Positions 14,435 through 27,814 of a DNA stretch of 64,000 bases are shown here, one piece after another (position 1 is the stretch's first letter; every line of letters starts with the position of its first letter). The stretch lies in assembly GCF_009914755.1 (NCBI RefSeq), contig NC_060932.1. One strand, written 5' to 3'. The notes under the pieces are model-generated. The model worked only from the letters and a program-made list of their open reading frames with translations. It ran no database searches and was not told where the DNA came from. The stretch comes from the human T2T-CHM13v2.0 reference genome, Homo sapiens. Made by a program: the position numbers and the translations under genes.

Positions 14435-15985
14435 TTTTTTTTTTAAGATACAGGGTTGTTTGTTTTTTTTCTTGTAAATTTGCTTCAGTTCCTTGTAGAT
14501 TCTGGATATTAGACCTCTGTCAGATGGATAGATTGCAAAAGTTTTCTCCCATTCTATAGCTTGTCTGTTTGATGACAGTTTTGTTTGCTGTGAAGGAGCT
14601 CTTTAGTTTAATTAGACCCCATTTGTCAATTTTTACTTTTGTTGCAATTGCTTTTGTCGATTTCATTGTAAAGTCTTTGGCCATGCCTGTATCCTGAATG
14701 GTATTGCCTAGATAGGCAAAGGATATGAACAGACACATCTCAGAAAAAGACATAAAAGCAACCAACAAACGTATGAAAAATAGCTCAACATCACTGATCA
14801 TTAGAGAAATGCAAATCAAAATCACAATGAGATACCATCTCATGGCAGTCAGAATGGCAATTACTAAAAAGTTGAGAAACAACAGATGCTGATAAGGTTG
14901 CAGAGGAATAAGAATGCTTTTACGCTGTTGGTGGGAGTGTAAATTAGTTCAATGATTGTGGAAGACAGTGTGGTGATTCTGCAAAGATTTAGAACCAGAA
15001 AAGCCATTTGACCCAGCAATCTCATTACTGTGTATATACCCAAAGGAATATGAATCATTCTATGATAAAGATACATCCATGCATATGTTCATTGCAACAC
15101 TATTCACAATAGCAAAGGCACAGAATCAACCTAAATTCCCATCAATGATAGAATGGATGAAGAAAATGTGGTACATATACACCATGCAATACTATGCAGA
15201 CATAAAAAGAAATGATATCATGTCCTTTTCAGGGACATGGATGAAGCTGGAAGCCATCATCCTCAGCAAACTAATGCAGGAGCAGCAAACCAAATACCAC
15301 ATGTTCTCACTTATAAGTGGGAGCTGAACAATGAGAGCACATGGACACAAGGAGGGGAACAACACTTACTGGGGCCTGTCTGGGGAGGGTGGTCAGGGGA
15401 GAGCATTAAGAAAAAGAGCTGTTGCATTGCTGGGTTTAATATCTAGGTGATGGCTTGATAGGTGCAGAAAACCACCATGGCACACGTTTACCTATGTAAC
15501 AAACCTGCACATCCTGCACATGTAGTCCAAAACTTAAAAAAAAAGATACAGGGTCACATGTGCAGGTTTTTTACATGGTTATATTGTGTAATGCTGGGAT
15601 TTGGACTTCTATTGGACTCATCACCCAAATAGTGAAACTAGCACCCAATAGGTAGTTTTTCAACCCTTTCCTCTCCATCCCTCCCTGCCTTTTGATGTCC
15701 CCAGTGTCTAATGTTTCCATCTCTATGTCCATGAGTACCCATTGTTTAACTCCCTCTTATATGTGAGAACATGGAGTTTTTGGTTTTCTGTTTCTGCATT
15801 GATTCACTTAGGATCATGGCCTCCACGTTGCTGTAAAAGACATGATTTAGTTCTTTTTTATGGCTGAATAGTATTCCATGGTTTATATACTATGATTCTT
15901 TATCCAATTCACTTGTTACCACAAATGTTGATGGACACTTAGACTGATTCCATGATTGCTATTGTGGATAGCATTGTAGTGCTGT
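14435..15985 (-). mobile_element. Older L1 (L1PA15/16-like) 3' end, split by the younger L1
   Basis: The poly-T at 14435-14444 rejoins across the TSD to aagatacagggtcacatgtgcagg...catcacccaaatagtg...cccaataggtagtttttcaaccc (15543 onward). Confidence 0.8.
14457..15542 (+). mobile_element. 5'-inverted (twin-primed) L1, L1PA10-13-like
   Basis: 14457-14711 is antisense ORF2, and ~14712-15542 is the sense ORF2 end, 3'UTR and A tail. The TSD aagatacagggt lies at 14445-14456 and 15543-15554. Confidence 0.9.
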
Positions 15986-16019
15986 CTTGCTCATGGACAA
16001 GGGTGACAGCAACATGAGT

Positions 16020-16240
16020 GACAACAGCAGCTAACATCCATTGGCTCCCTGCCATATGCCAGATGTTTTGAATTCATTACTACTAATCCTTACAACCAGT
16101 CTGAGATATTACTTTCTGCATTTACAAGTGACAAAACAGACCTGGAGAGATAAAATAACTTTTCCAAAGTGACAGAAAGTAGCATTGCTGATATTGTAAT
16201 CCTAGTCTGACTCTAAGGCTGAACTTCTAACCATCATGTT
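16020..16240 (-). mobile_element. MIR SINE
   Basis: atgccagatg...aatccttacaacc...catttacaagtgacaaaacaga...tccaaagtgacag. Confidence 0.65.
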
Positions 16241-17581
16241 AGTTTCTATCCTGTAGAAATAGACTCAATCCTGGTCACTGTAGATGCTGGCACAATGCAA
16301 AGGTTTATACCATTAATCCCTGACAACTACAAGTTTATATTCAATGGAAAATTTTTCACAATACATACTCATACATACACATTTCACGCTATATAACTAT
16401 TTCTTAAAGTTCTTCTTAAAGTTATAATTTGAGGAATTGGGCTAAAAAATGTAAAGTATATATCAGTTTGTAGATTACAATTCTCCTATTTCTTTCTCCC
16501 AGTTGCAAATAAGAAAGATAAGTCTTCTGAGTATATGTGTAGGTTTCAGAGAATGAATATATTTTAAACTAAGATATACCACAGTTTAATAAGACTTGCC
16601 TGGAAAAACATTTTGATTTTTAGTGTTGCTGAGGCTCTGTCTGTTCAAATCAGATAAAAGACTTAAGCCATTTATAATTAGATCCCCAGTCCTCTTACTG
16701 AATCTTCACAAATTTAGGTGAGGTGGTGAAAAATAATCTTTCATTTCTGATGTGACAGCCTTTGCAGAAATGGGAAGAATAATATGACTAAACAGAAGCT
16801 GAGACATTATAAAGGGGCTCACCAGTGAGGAATTGGGCTGCAGTAATATACATCTTTTTTTAAAAAAAATTTGGCAATATATATGTATTACATTCCAGAA
16901 ACAAAGCAATAGACACTGAATTTTGATCTGCTGCCCAAGTCATGTTTTCAGAGACCTTGACCATTACTTTGGTCACCAGTCATATCCATCCTGAGGATCA
17001 ATGCACAGTTTATATGAATATCACACTTGAGAAAGACCAGAATGGGTTCTTCTTCCATTATTTCTTCTTTGTCTTCACAACCTAGTTCATCCACTTCTTT
17101 CTTTATTTTCATTGACGGCATAAAATGTTCTTAATTTCATGGAAACATTTGAATGAGTTACGACAAATCCAAACAAGTTATTATATATCAATTATGACTA
17201 TTGACCTAGATTTTCTGTAATAGTTTTCCATAAAAATATAAACTTACACCAAAATTTTAGCCTGGATCTATGAAATAGAGGAGTAGTAGAAATGAGATTA
17301 AGTTCTATCTGATTTCTGATGTCTTGCTTTCCTTTTCTAGCTTGGATGGCTTTGAACTGGAATCACTACTGTAGGTACCTCCTGCAACTAAGGTACAAGG
17401 CATAACAAACTGAGACCAAAACCAGCCAAGCTATTTGTGTTCTAAGCCTACGTTATTGTAGATATGACTTCCTATTTAGTTCTTTGAGATGTTAGAAATC
17501 AGCTTAGTTCTTCTGAAAGTATGGCTTTAGGAAATGGAGGACATTAAACTATTTCTACAGGCAAAGGTGAAAGACTTAGAC

Positions 17582-17773
17582 CAGAGCTGTCCAATACAAA
17601 TTTCTGCCTGGATGGGAATGTTTGCTACCTGTGCTGTTCCAATACGGTAGCCACTAACTCCATGTGCCTATTGGGCACTCACAATGTAGCTAGTGTGATT
17701 CAAGAACACTAATTTAATTTTATATTTAAGTTAAAATAGCCACACGTACGGCTAGTAGATACTGTTAGTGCAG
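17582..17773 (+). mobile_element. MER3 (hAT-Charlie) DNA transposon
   Basis: cagagctgtccaata...ccaatacggtagccacta...tagccacacgtacggctagt...gtgcag, with a degenerate 8-bp TSD acttagac/acttaacc. Confidence 0.8.
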
Positions 17774-18329
17774 ACTTAACCTGTTATTATTCACATAACA
17801 TGTATGTCCCAAGACCAATAATTAGAATTCTTATATCTAAGTTAAGTGAATTGGTCAAATTTCTTTTGCAAATTGAGAAGCATCATCATGGAAGCAGTTT
17901 GTTGACAACTGAAGGTCTTGCTCTTTGCAGAACTCTTGGATAGGCCTGTTCCTCCAGGTTGTCTTTACTTCGTTCTTGATTGGGGTGCGGGATGGGGAAT
18001 ACGTAACTCTCCATGTGAGTGTGATTTCTAGGGTGTTGTGGTGATTTTCTATTAGAGAACCTCCTAGACTGAAATTTGCTTGCATCTGAGGTTCATAATC
18101 AATATGCTACACACTTATGTGATTTTCAAATCCTTTCATGGAATGATTATATCCTGTGACTTACCACTGAATGTTTTTTGCAGAAAATAAGTAAATAACC
18201 TTCTCAAGGTTACAATTTTTCAAAAAAAAATTGCTGTTTCAAATCTTAGAAATTCTATGTGTTAGTCATTAGGGCACTTCCTCAGGTATTTCTGGTTTAT
18301 TCGCTTCTGGTTAAAGTTGTACTTTCAAA

Positions 18330-18650
18330 CCCTATCCTGGTTGGATGGGGCCATGTGACCATTCTGGCCGATGACTTCTTAGAAGAAGCTACTTCAGCTA
18401 TTTCATGCCACTTTCAAGCCAAGCATTTAATTGCTGGTGCAGGACTGTAGAGCTCTCTTTTTCCTCTGGCATAGCAACTGGCAATGTTTAAGATGGTGCC
18501 CATTTCATCAACCTGGGAGCCTGGATGACTAAAATGAGCTTGAGATGAAACCTCTGTCACTTGTAATGGATATATAACACAGAAGATAAATAAGTCTTTG
18601 ATATTTAAAGCCAGTAGGCTGTTACACATTGAAGTGAGAGCTAGAGTAAG
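18330..18650 (+). mobile_element. MLT1I/J-like MaLR LTR
   Basis: ggggccatgtgacc...aagcatttaattgctggtgcaggact...catcaacctggg...aaataagtctttg. Confidence 0.65.
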
Positions 18651-19439
18651 TATTGTGAATAGAAAATAGGAAAAATTGGTCAAAATAGCAGTGGAACTCT
18701 GGAAGGGATAAATTATCTGAAGTTGAATTCAACTGATCTCATGTTTGTCAACAACCTGCATGGCACTAGATGATGACATCAAATAAGCTTGGAAATCTTT
18801 GTGAAACAGCCAATTTGTAGAGCCCTGGATGAAATGTTTTCTAAATAAACATCAGTGCACTTTTGTTTGCATAGTGACAAAAGTGCTGACTGTCAATGAT
18901 GGGGCCCAACAACTTCAGAATAAATTATTCCCGTGTTAAAAGGCTATGCAGACAGCACCTTGATCTGTGGCCAAGATCAGTTGAAGAGAGTCTACTGGAT
19001 CAGCAGAGTTATGTTTTGATGAGCATTTCTTAATTTCAAGGAGGAATCTAAACAATGGAAAGAAGATAAATAGCTAGAGGTAGGATGTTGGCAAAGATAT
19101 ACATGTAATTTCACACAATTCCTATTTCTCATCCTAAAGCCTAGGCTTGACATTTGCCTAACACTTCTCATACTGAGAGATCTGATAGACTTCAAGGCAT
19201 ATGGTGATAAAATCAGGTTATTTTTATATTAAACCCTAGTTTCATTAATATGACCTATTGAAGGAATCACATAAATTATTCTTTCAGGAAGAAATGTAAA
19301 AATTATTTTGCATCGCATTCAGTGCTTTAGGTCTAATATACTCTTAGTGATTAATTACTATCAATAATACTAATTAATAGTAATTAATTATGGATATGAT
19401 TTACTGTAACACCCTTACTAATGGTGTCATTTATAACAA

Positions 19440-19690
19440 CAATAATAATGATAATAATTAATAGCTCCTATATTGATGCCTTTTCTATTCCTGTGTCACT
19501 GTAGTAAATGTTATATATGAATTATCTCATTTAGTCCTAAAACACTTTAATTTCTACTTAAAAAAAAAAAGAAATAATTTCTGAAAGTTTAGGGAACCTG
19601 CTGCCAGCCCAATTGCTCGCAAGTGGTTGGGCTCATATTTGAAGTTTGGGCTATATGAATCCAAGAACTATGTTCCTAATGTTATGTAAA
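19440..19690 (-). mobile_element. MIR SINE (degenerate)
   Basis: aataatagctcctatattga...attatctcatttagtcct. Confidence 0.5.
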
Positions 19691-20250
19691 ATACCTCTTT
19701 TTTATGGCTAAGATTTAGAATATCAAATTTAATTTAACCTAAACCTTAATTGTATTTAGGCTACCTTTTTACATAAGGGCACCACAAATTAAAATAATTG
19801 AGAAAAAATTTAAAAAACAATTTTAATTTCTACTGAGAATATTATTACTGAGAATTTATTTTAAATGAGGCAATTGAGGCCACACGTTTATTACATATTC
19901 ACATGTTCCTAAATGCAGCTTCAAGGACCCTGAGTGTGTCTGACCAGGGGTAGGCTTATCTGGGAATTTCTGCTTCTTCATGTATCTCTCTGGATTTACA
20001 GATAATGATTTAGCAGGCAGGCAAACGGCTTTCTTGTACTACCTCTGGGCAACTATGAGACCTGAGACAAGTTTCCACACCTTCCTGGATTTCATTTTCA
20101 CTCATTTGTAAAATTCGGGATGGGCTGACTCTGAGGTCATTCCAGTGTTAATATTCTCTTGTGTCTCTCTTACATCCTGATGTCACAAAACTTCTTTTTA
20201 ACTGATAGCTGAATCTGTAGATGGACCAGCCAAACATTTTCCTGGGGGTA

Positions 20251-20872
20251 TGTGATGGATTCATAGTATATCAGTTTTGCTAACCTGGAACTGATGGTCC
20301 CAGAATTCCCTTCCATATATAGCGCCAGGATGGGTGAACCACAAAAGATGCTCTGAACAAGAGTGAAAAGGTGGAAGTGAAACAGCAGTGACATTCCTTT
20401 TATTTTATGTCCAAGAGGTCAGTGTCAGCCAGGCCATGAAATGTTGTTGTCTCTAATGCATGTTGTCTTTTCTTTGCTGGCTTACCTGTGGGCATGTAGA
20501 ACTCCAGCCCTCTTAGTTTTTCTGACTCATGGGTCAGGTGTAGGTTTAGCTCTGTGACAAAGGGGGCCACTCCTCCTTCATTTCACTCCCATCATCCAAG
20601 TGAAAGGCTCAGAGGCAGTGAGAGTCCCATGCAGATTCTCATCCATTCTCACAGGTTCCAGCCCAGCCCTGCAGGGTTCCTTTGGAGCTTGCTTCCATTT
20701 CACATTCTTCCATGCCCAACTGCCAGCCCCAGCTGACTTTCCCAGCTGCAGAAGCTATAGCTCAATAGATTCTTTAGCCCACAATCATCTAAGACCAAAT
20801 ACCTATAATAAATCTCTTATTATATAAATCTTCTAGTGGTTCTGCTTCTCTGATCAAACCCTGACTAATATA
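20251..20872 (+). mobile_element. LTR41-like ERVL solo LTR
   Basis: Contains ctggaact...cccagaattcccttcc...aaggtggaagtgaaacagcag and ends aataaatc...gtggttctgcttctctgatcaaaccctgactaata. Confidence 0.7.
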
Positions 20873-22109
20873 CGTTGCTAAAACAGCTTTGGGGAGAGAA
20901 TTAGATGGAGAAAATAGCATCTAGCTGAACTCTTGCCAGGAAAATAATGTGTGTGATTGAATAGGATTTTTGTTAAGCTATTTTGGGGGACTGTTTTAAT
21001 GAGAAAACTGGGGTAACAATTTGTGTTTAACTAAGCTGCCTTTTAAGAAAGGGAGTCTAGTTCAGTTCAGGGCTTCTGTTTTTCATCTGAATGAGGATGC
21101 AAGTTAGAGGGTCAGAACTAAATTGGCCAGGGCGCTCCAATGACCTCCTTTCTTTAGGCAGAGCTCCGAATCTTCTCCAAACACATAGTTAAACCTATTT
21201 TAGGACTAGTGGCTTAAAGGGCTTTCAAATTATTAGGCTGCCGGAGGCAACTTCATGTCTTGTATCTCTGAAAGCCAGTTGCTATTTCTACTTCACCAAT
21301 GCCATAAGCTCTGTGATAATTTTTTTAAAATGGCACCTTTTGCAACAATTAACAAAGCAAAATTTCCTCTGTTTTTGGAGTATTAGGATGAGCAGTTTAG
21401 CCCTACTCTGCAGTAAACCACTCTCAAACACCTTCTATTATTTCAGACAGATAATATGAATTTCTTTGTCAGCTCATTAAAGTATATTTGGGACTTCTTG
21501 TACAATCATTATTTTGTTTCTTGGTTTGAGTAAACCTTCAAAAGTTTCAAATTCCAGGAAAATAATGTAGGAATGGTGAGGCTTAGGCATCCCTAATTGC
21601 ATGGTGCTGTCTAATTCAATTAGTTATTTTGTCCTGTCACCAACAGAAGTTTTGAAAGATTGTGGAGGAGGAAAATTCACAAATTTAACTTTAATAGCAT
21701 AGTTAAAATAAACATAATAATGGTGAATCATGATAGAAATTTGGACACTCATTTTTTTGTGTGATTTAAGGAGCTATTCACCCTCAGGTGTGAATGGCAA
21801 TTAAAGACATATAGAGTAATCTTGCAACACTTTGCAAACATTTATGCATTGGCAGAAATTGTGTTTTGCCTGTAAAAATTTCAGTGACCTCTTTATTCTC
21901 TTTCTCAGGTTTTCTAGAGTCCGTGTTTATAATAGACTAACCAGCTCCCTCAGCCTTTCCATCCAATGTGAGCAAAAACATAAAATGAATTGAAAAGCAA
22001 GGCAAAGTATGCTGGTAGTACTAGGCCTATCGTTTAGTAATAATAACATATTTTCTTTTTTTCTAGCACTTGGTGCTTTGTGCACATCACTTTTGTATCT
22101 GTTGTCTCA

Positions 22110-22563
22110 TGTGACAGTTAATTTTTATGTGTTGACATGGCTAGGCTATGATGCCCAGTTGTTGGGTCAAAATAGCAATCTAGATGTTTCTGTGAAGGTA
22201 TTTTTAGATGTCAGTAGACTCTGAGTAAAGCAGATTACCCTTATAATGTGAGTGGCCCTCAGCCAGTCAGTTGAAGGTCTTGAGACCAAAGACAGAGGTC
22301 CCTCGAAGAGAAAAGAATTCTGCCTCCAGACTGTCTTCAGCCTTAAGGCTGCACCATCAACTTTTACTGGAATTTCTGGGGTGCCATCCTGCTCTACGGA
22401 TTTTGGACTTGCCACCCCCCACAATTTGTGAGCCTATCCCTTAAAATAAATCTATCTACAGCTATGCCTTTCATACCTATACACCTATCTCTATCTTCAT
22501 CTCTCTCTCTCTAAGATTTATCTCCTAGTGGTTCTGTTTCTCTGGAGAAATCTGACTTATACA
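22110..22563 (+). mobile_element. MLT2 (MLT2D-like) ERVL solo LTR
   Basis: Runs from tgtgacagttaatttttatgtg through gagtaaagcagattaccc to ggttctgtttctctggagaaatctgacttataca. Confidence 0.85.
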
Positions 22564-22589
22564 GGTCACTTAAAAACCACTTCATCAGA

Positions 22590-22830
22590 AAGATGGGTAA
22601 GAGCATGACCTTTTGAGTGAAAAAGTTCTAGGGGTTAAATTCTGGCTTTGCAACTTATCAACTTTCTGATCTCTGAGAATTAAAAAAAACTTTCATAATC
22701 CTCACTCTTCAACAGCTGTAAAATAGGAATAATAAAAATAACAATATTTGTTAGACTTTTACTATATGCCAAACAGTGTATTAAATGCCTCACATGCATT
22801 ATTTCATGTTAACAACAACCCTATTAAACA
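22590..22830. mobile_element. Two adjacent MIR fragments in opposite orientation
   Basis: ggttaaattctggcttt...ctgtaaaataggaataata, followed by actatatgccaaacagtg...aacaacaaccctatt. Confidence 0.6.
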
Positions 22831-23849
22831 GTGAGTGTGGCTGGCCATATTGGCATCTTAGGCAGCCACCATTTGCATCTTTGGCAGTCACTCATCTTCT
22901 GTAAAGAACTGATCTCTCTCCCACCGACCCCACTTGTGTGCGTGCTCTTGTGTGAAGAGCTGGTGTCAAGGTATCAGCTCCGCTCTCCCATGAGTGACTC
23001 AGGCCCCTGCCTTTCAGTGTGCTGGTCTCTCTAGCAGTCATGGGGGTTGGTGGTTTTGCCTGATTTTTCCCAGATCCAAATTCTACCATTTACTTGAGCA
23101 TTTACCCAAGCTTATTAAATAGATCTCACCATCATCGAAGAAAAAATGGCAAGTAAATCTCACTCACTTTTCTCTGAAGCTGGTTCAGACTGCAGAATTC
23201 TCTTAAATTATCCAGTAGACAGGCTCTGATCACATCTGGGATTGAAGATGCTCCAGCTGCTTTTCTCTCTAAGATCAAAGTTATTTTTTGACAACACATG
23301 CTGACGAATCCAAACTGACGCCAATAACTGTTTATAGTTTCTCTGGGTGCAAACATAAATATTTTAGATGACTGCATCCATTTGTTATCACTGTGGCAGA
23401 ACCCACTTCTCTTATTCTAAAGGAACTGAAAATTGTTGGACCTCTCACCTCCTGTGTGTTCAGAAAGCCAAACTTCTTTCTTTTCTGCCAATATTCCAGG
23501 ACCCTAAGAGGTCTCCGTAGAAAACTTACAAGTATATTCACAAAAGTGAGCATCGTATTGATGCTATGTTGCTTTTTTATTTTCCTAAGTCTACTATGCA
23601 GTGTTTCTCCCTACATTCCCCACTTCTATTTTCAATTTTGTATATATAGGACTGGACAATATACCAGAGTTTCTATTCCTAAGTAAGAACCTAATTTCCT
23701 AGATGTTCTTTTTAACCCTCAAATTGCTTTTAAAAACCAGATCATAAATAATAGCTATTTTCAAAGTTCTCTTATATGCATTATCTCATTTAATGCACAA
23801 AATTTTCCAAGAGAAAATTACTCATAAATTCATTCTTAGAAACGTTATT

Positions 23850-24237
23850 CCACATACCCCAAGTCAGAGTGCCGAAGAGTGGTGGGGCTGGGTATAATAG
23901 AGTTGCATTGCCCACAAGCAGGGCCTGGGAGCATGTACCCACCCTGATGGCTCTTAGCCAATGCCTGCCTGGGCTGGATTATGAAACTCCAGCATGCTTG
24001 ATTCAGATTGAGATGATTTTGAGGGGTAACTTCCACTCCAGCATGCCCCACTGGGATTGGACTGTATTTTTCCTCATCAAACCTTTTGCTTGAGGTCATG
24101 CCCATCCTTGGCTTCTTCCCTACTTTATTTTCCTTCTTTTTGTCCCTTATAAGTTTCCTGGAGATCCCATTCTTAATGAACAATTTGCACACAAATTCTT
24201 TCTCAGTATCTGATACTGGTTATCCTCACCTAAGACA
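23850..24237 (+). mobile_element. LTR16-family ERVL LTR fragment
   Basis: ccccactgggattggactg...ttcttaatgaacaatttgcacacaaattctttctcagtatctg...acctaagaca. Confidence 0.6.
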
Positions 24238-24384
24238 CCAACCAATAGTGCTTGATATCAGAGCTCAAGCTCTTACACATGATCCAATTTGAGATTCTTC
24301 CTAAAAAGGTGCCAATTATTCTTCCTTATAAGAGAAAACCTTAATTATAGGCAAATGTAATTAGATGGATAATGTGCACACACA

Positions 24385-25270
24385 TTCCTTCCTTTACGTG
24401 TATTTATTAAGTATTTAATATGAGCCAGATTTAATCTAAGTACTGGTGATACAATGTTAAATGAGATAGCAAAGTCTCTGTTTTCATGGCTTTACATTCC
24501 AATACTAGAATATAAGTAAAAAAGTGAAAAAAAAGGAACAAGGTAATTGCTGATAGGATCAATGGTATGAAGCAAGTAAAATGGAGTTATGAAATCCAGA
24601 AGGGAAAGGACTGATTTTCACAGGGTGCTCAGGAAGGTGTACTGGCCTGAGGCAGTGATATTCTCTGTGACACTGAAATGAAAAGAAGGAGCTGGACGTG
24701 CAAGAATATGGTGCCATACAGAGAAATAAGCAAATCTGAACTCCTAAGTGGGAGCAGCCTGGGAGAGTTGGAAGAACAGAGAGAAGGCCAGAGTGCCTGC
24801 AGTATATTGAGTTGTGGGAAGGGAGGAAGCTGAGAGAGTGAAGAATAAGTAGAGGCAAGATTATGGAAGGGCTTTGTAAACCATGCTATGGGGTTCAGGT
24901 TTTATTCTCTGGGTCATCCCTGGAGGTTTATAGTTTAGAAAGATCATTCCAACTGTGCTGCTGAGAATTGAAGATGAAGAGGCAAAAGTGGATGCTGGGA
25001 CCATTAAATAGGCTATGGTTGTAGATGATAAAGAAAAATGAAAGTGGGCTGGACTCTTGGACTCCTCTGGCCCCTGTAGATAAAGAGAGGTGGAGATAGT
25101 TTTGGATTTTGAGGTAGGGCTGCCAAGACATGGAGACGGATTGGGTTTGGTGAGTGAGAGCGTAGAGCTTGCGAGGATGATTTTGTACAATTGGGGTTCA
25201 AGCAACTGAGCAGATGTGTGGCCATTTATAAGATGGGGAAGCTTGGGGGAGAAACAGGATTTGGGGATAA
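24385..25270 (-). mobile_element. L2 LINE
   Basis: The L2 tail gtatttattaagtattt...ggtgatacaatg is followed by purine-rich L2 body (agaaagatcattccaactg). Confidence 0.8.
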
Positions 25271-27305
25271 GAAAAATTACATTTGTATAAGTGCAGAAAT
25301 ATAATAGTTATTATATACCCTTGGTTTTATAAAATTTGACATTTGATTCAGTTCCCATAGGCTTTAATGAAGAAATTTGTGTTGATTAACAGCAGACAGT
25401 GCCTTCAGTGTTGACTTTATTGCTTCTACAATGAATAAAGCCCTTTCAAGAAGTTTAGTTTTATTCCGCTATCAGGGTGTTCTCTATGGGAAATTCTTCC
25501 TTGTTGTCTATTCACAATTATACAAGGTCCCATTCTTTGACATGGAAATAAGCAGCAACGCCCACTGAAGTCAGCAATAGAAACTTGGCTTCCATTGCCA
25601 CAAATTGTGCAGGTCCACACATCCTGAAGATAAGACTTGGAAAGAAAGTCAGGACTGAGCAAAAGTGCCTGGCTCTGATTTTAAAGGCGAGCTCATATAA
25701 ACATCTCTTACGCATGATTCTGATCCTTAAACATTGAGGCATGGCTTTTATAATGAGAAAAAAAGTCTCTCATCCCCTAAATGTCAGTGCTTATGTTTTG
25801 GTCACTTGGGTTCCAAAAAAACACAATCTTTTAAAGAGAAAAATGTTACAGACATTGTCAGTATCTTAAGGAAGATCCCTCAACCTGTCATTGGTGTTAG
25901 TGTCCACACACAAGTGGCTTCACAAGGTAGGAACTTGTTGCTGGAGTCAGTGAGGTTTGGTTTCTCATTTTATGCTACTGGGTTCTGCTGTGGTCATAAG
26001 GGTAGTAGCTGATAATCCCATTTCCTCACTGTGTTGAACACTTGGAAGTCTGCCATAAACCAATTTTCTGTTTTTCTTTAGCTTTTCCAGAGTAAAAGAA
26101 TTTTTTTTTTTTTGGTGTTGAAGATGGACAAGGTTTATAACAAAACTTGTTCTTCATTTCTCCAGAGAAAGCTTTTGTTTTCCAAACAAGTACTTCTTGA
26201 TTATTTTACCAGGGAGTGCATGGTTACCATCCTGTAATGTCAGCCCCATGCCAGCAGATGGCAGTCACACCACACCACGCTGTGGCAATCAGCTAAGCTT
26301 GAGAACACCAGGAATCTGTCCTTTTCACAGAGGAAGGGTCTGATGTGCTCTGTGCCATGGCAGGAGGGGTAACTAGCACGGAGATGAATTCCAGAGAACT
26401 CACTACATAAGTCTATAAATTTGTCCCTAAACTTGAAGATATTCTTAGTTGAAAAAGGAAACAAAACAGAGGGAAAAACAAACAAACAAACAAACAAAAA
26501 CCCAAACCTCTAGCTAAGTCTGTCAAAATGAGCTATGAGGTGGACAACCCAAGGTCTTGAGCTTATGCTGGGCTTTGTTTCACTGATACATGGATCAATA
26601 TAATCATAGTCAGGGAGCTGGCATGAAAGCAGAATGGCTGAGAAAATAAGACTGGAAACGACTAACTGCAAAAGTATTTTATTTTCAGGAGGATTAACTG
26701 CTTCTGGGGTGGCTGAGTGTGGTAGAGGAAAAACAGAAGAAACTCCAAGGTGAAATTAGAAATCTTAGAAGAGCTCTTCTTTCTCCCATAGAGGTAACAC
26801 AGTATTTCCAAGAAATTATTGATAGTAGGAATAAGGATTTCCCCCAGACGGAAAGGAGACATTGATGTACTGCGGGCATCCCAACTTCTACCTCATCATG
26901 CGTTTCTGAGTTTCTTCCACCATGACCCTGATGGTTTTGGTTACTCTCTCCTTCCCACTAGTTACGTGGTTGCTCTGCTTTTAGTTGAAGTTGTGCTGAC
27001 TTTGGGATAGGTGTAGGGTTAAATGGTATCAAGAGGACATTCCTATTTATTGACCTACAATGTGGTTTCTGTACCTGAGCAAAAGACATATTTTTTCTCT
27101 ATATTTGAGTTGGTCTTTTGAGACCGGCAAAGCTGTGGAAACAAAGCTTTGCTTAAGGAAAATGGCCACAATCTATTGTTAGAAAGAAGCCTCAAGTACC
27201 ATGAAAATGGACCACACAGGTCAGGGATTTCTCAAAATGTTTCTTTTCCCAGGAAAATATTGAAACTAGGACTATTGTGGAATTACACAGTTTATGATTG
27301 CCACT

Positions 27306-27478
27306 TATGAACTACACCGGAATCAAGCTTGAAGGGTTCTGAACCATAAGAAACTTCCTCTGGAAATGAATGTGGTAGCTGAGTCCACATGTGTGGGAGG
27401 CCAACTGCATAGCTGGGAGTTGTCACAATTAACTTCTGCAGATAATTCCATGTTTATTAAATAAGTGATTTAAGTGTG
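27306..27478 (-). repeat. Left arm of a 173-bp inverted repeat (partner 28064-28236)
   Basis: Manual ungapped alignment to the reverse complement of 28064-28236 gives 12 mismatches in 173 bp. Confidence 0.95.
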
Positions 27479-27814
27479 ACACTATTGTATGTGCAATGTC
27501 TCTTTTCTATCTGGTGGAAATTCTTATTCTTACTATAAAGAATTCCTTTGGAAATACTGTGTCATTACACAGTTTATGATCAATGGGTTATCATAAACTG
27601 TATAACTATCTGCAGCTATTTACAGATAGTTGCTATCTGCAGAGCTATCTGCAAAACTGTGATGTAAAACCATAAAGGCATTCGCAGCTTATTGTTCCTA
27701 TTGCCCTTTCTATGTTTGTTGAAGGTTGAGGGTTTGCTTATTTTCCATCCTAGTAATTGGATAGTTATATGATCATCCATCCATATTTGAGTAGAGGTCG
27801 GATACATATGTCCT

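Noticed and set aside
17855-18085. 76-aa ORF in non-repeat sequence
   Set aside because: No recognisable homology or exon structure, and the length is expected by chance.
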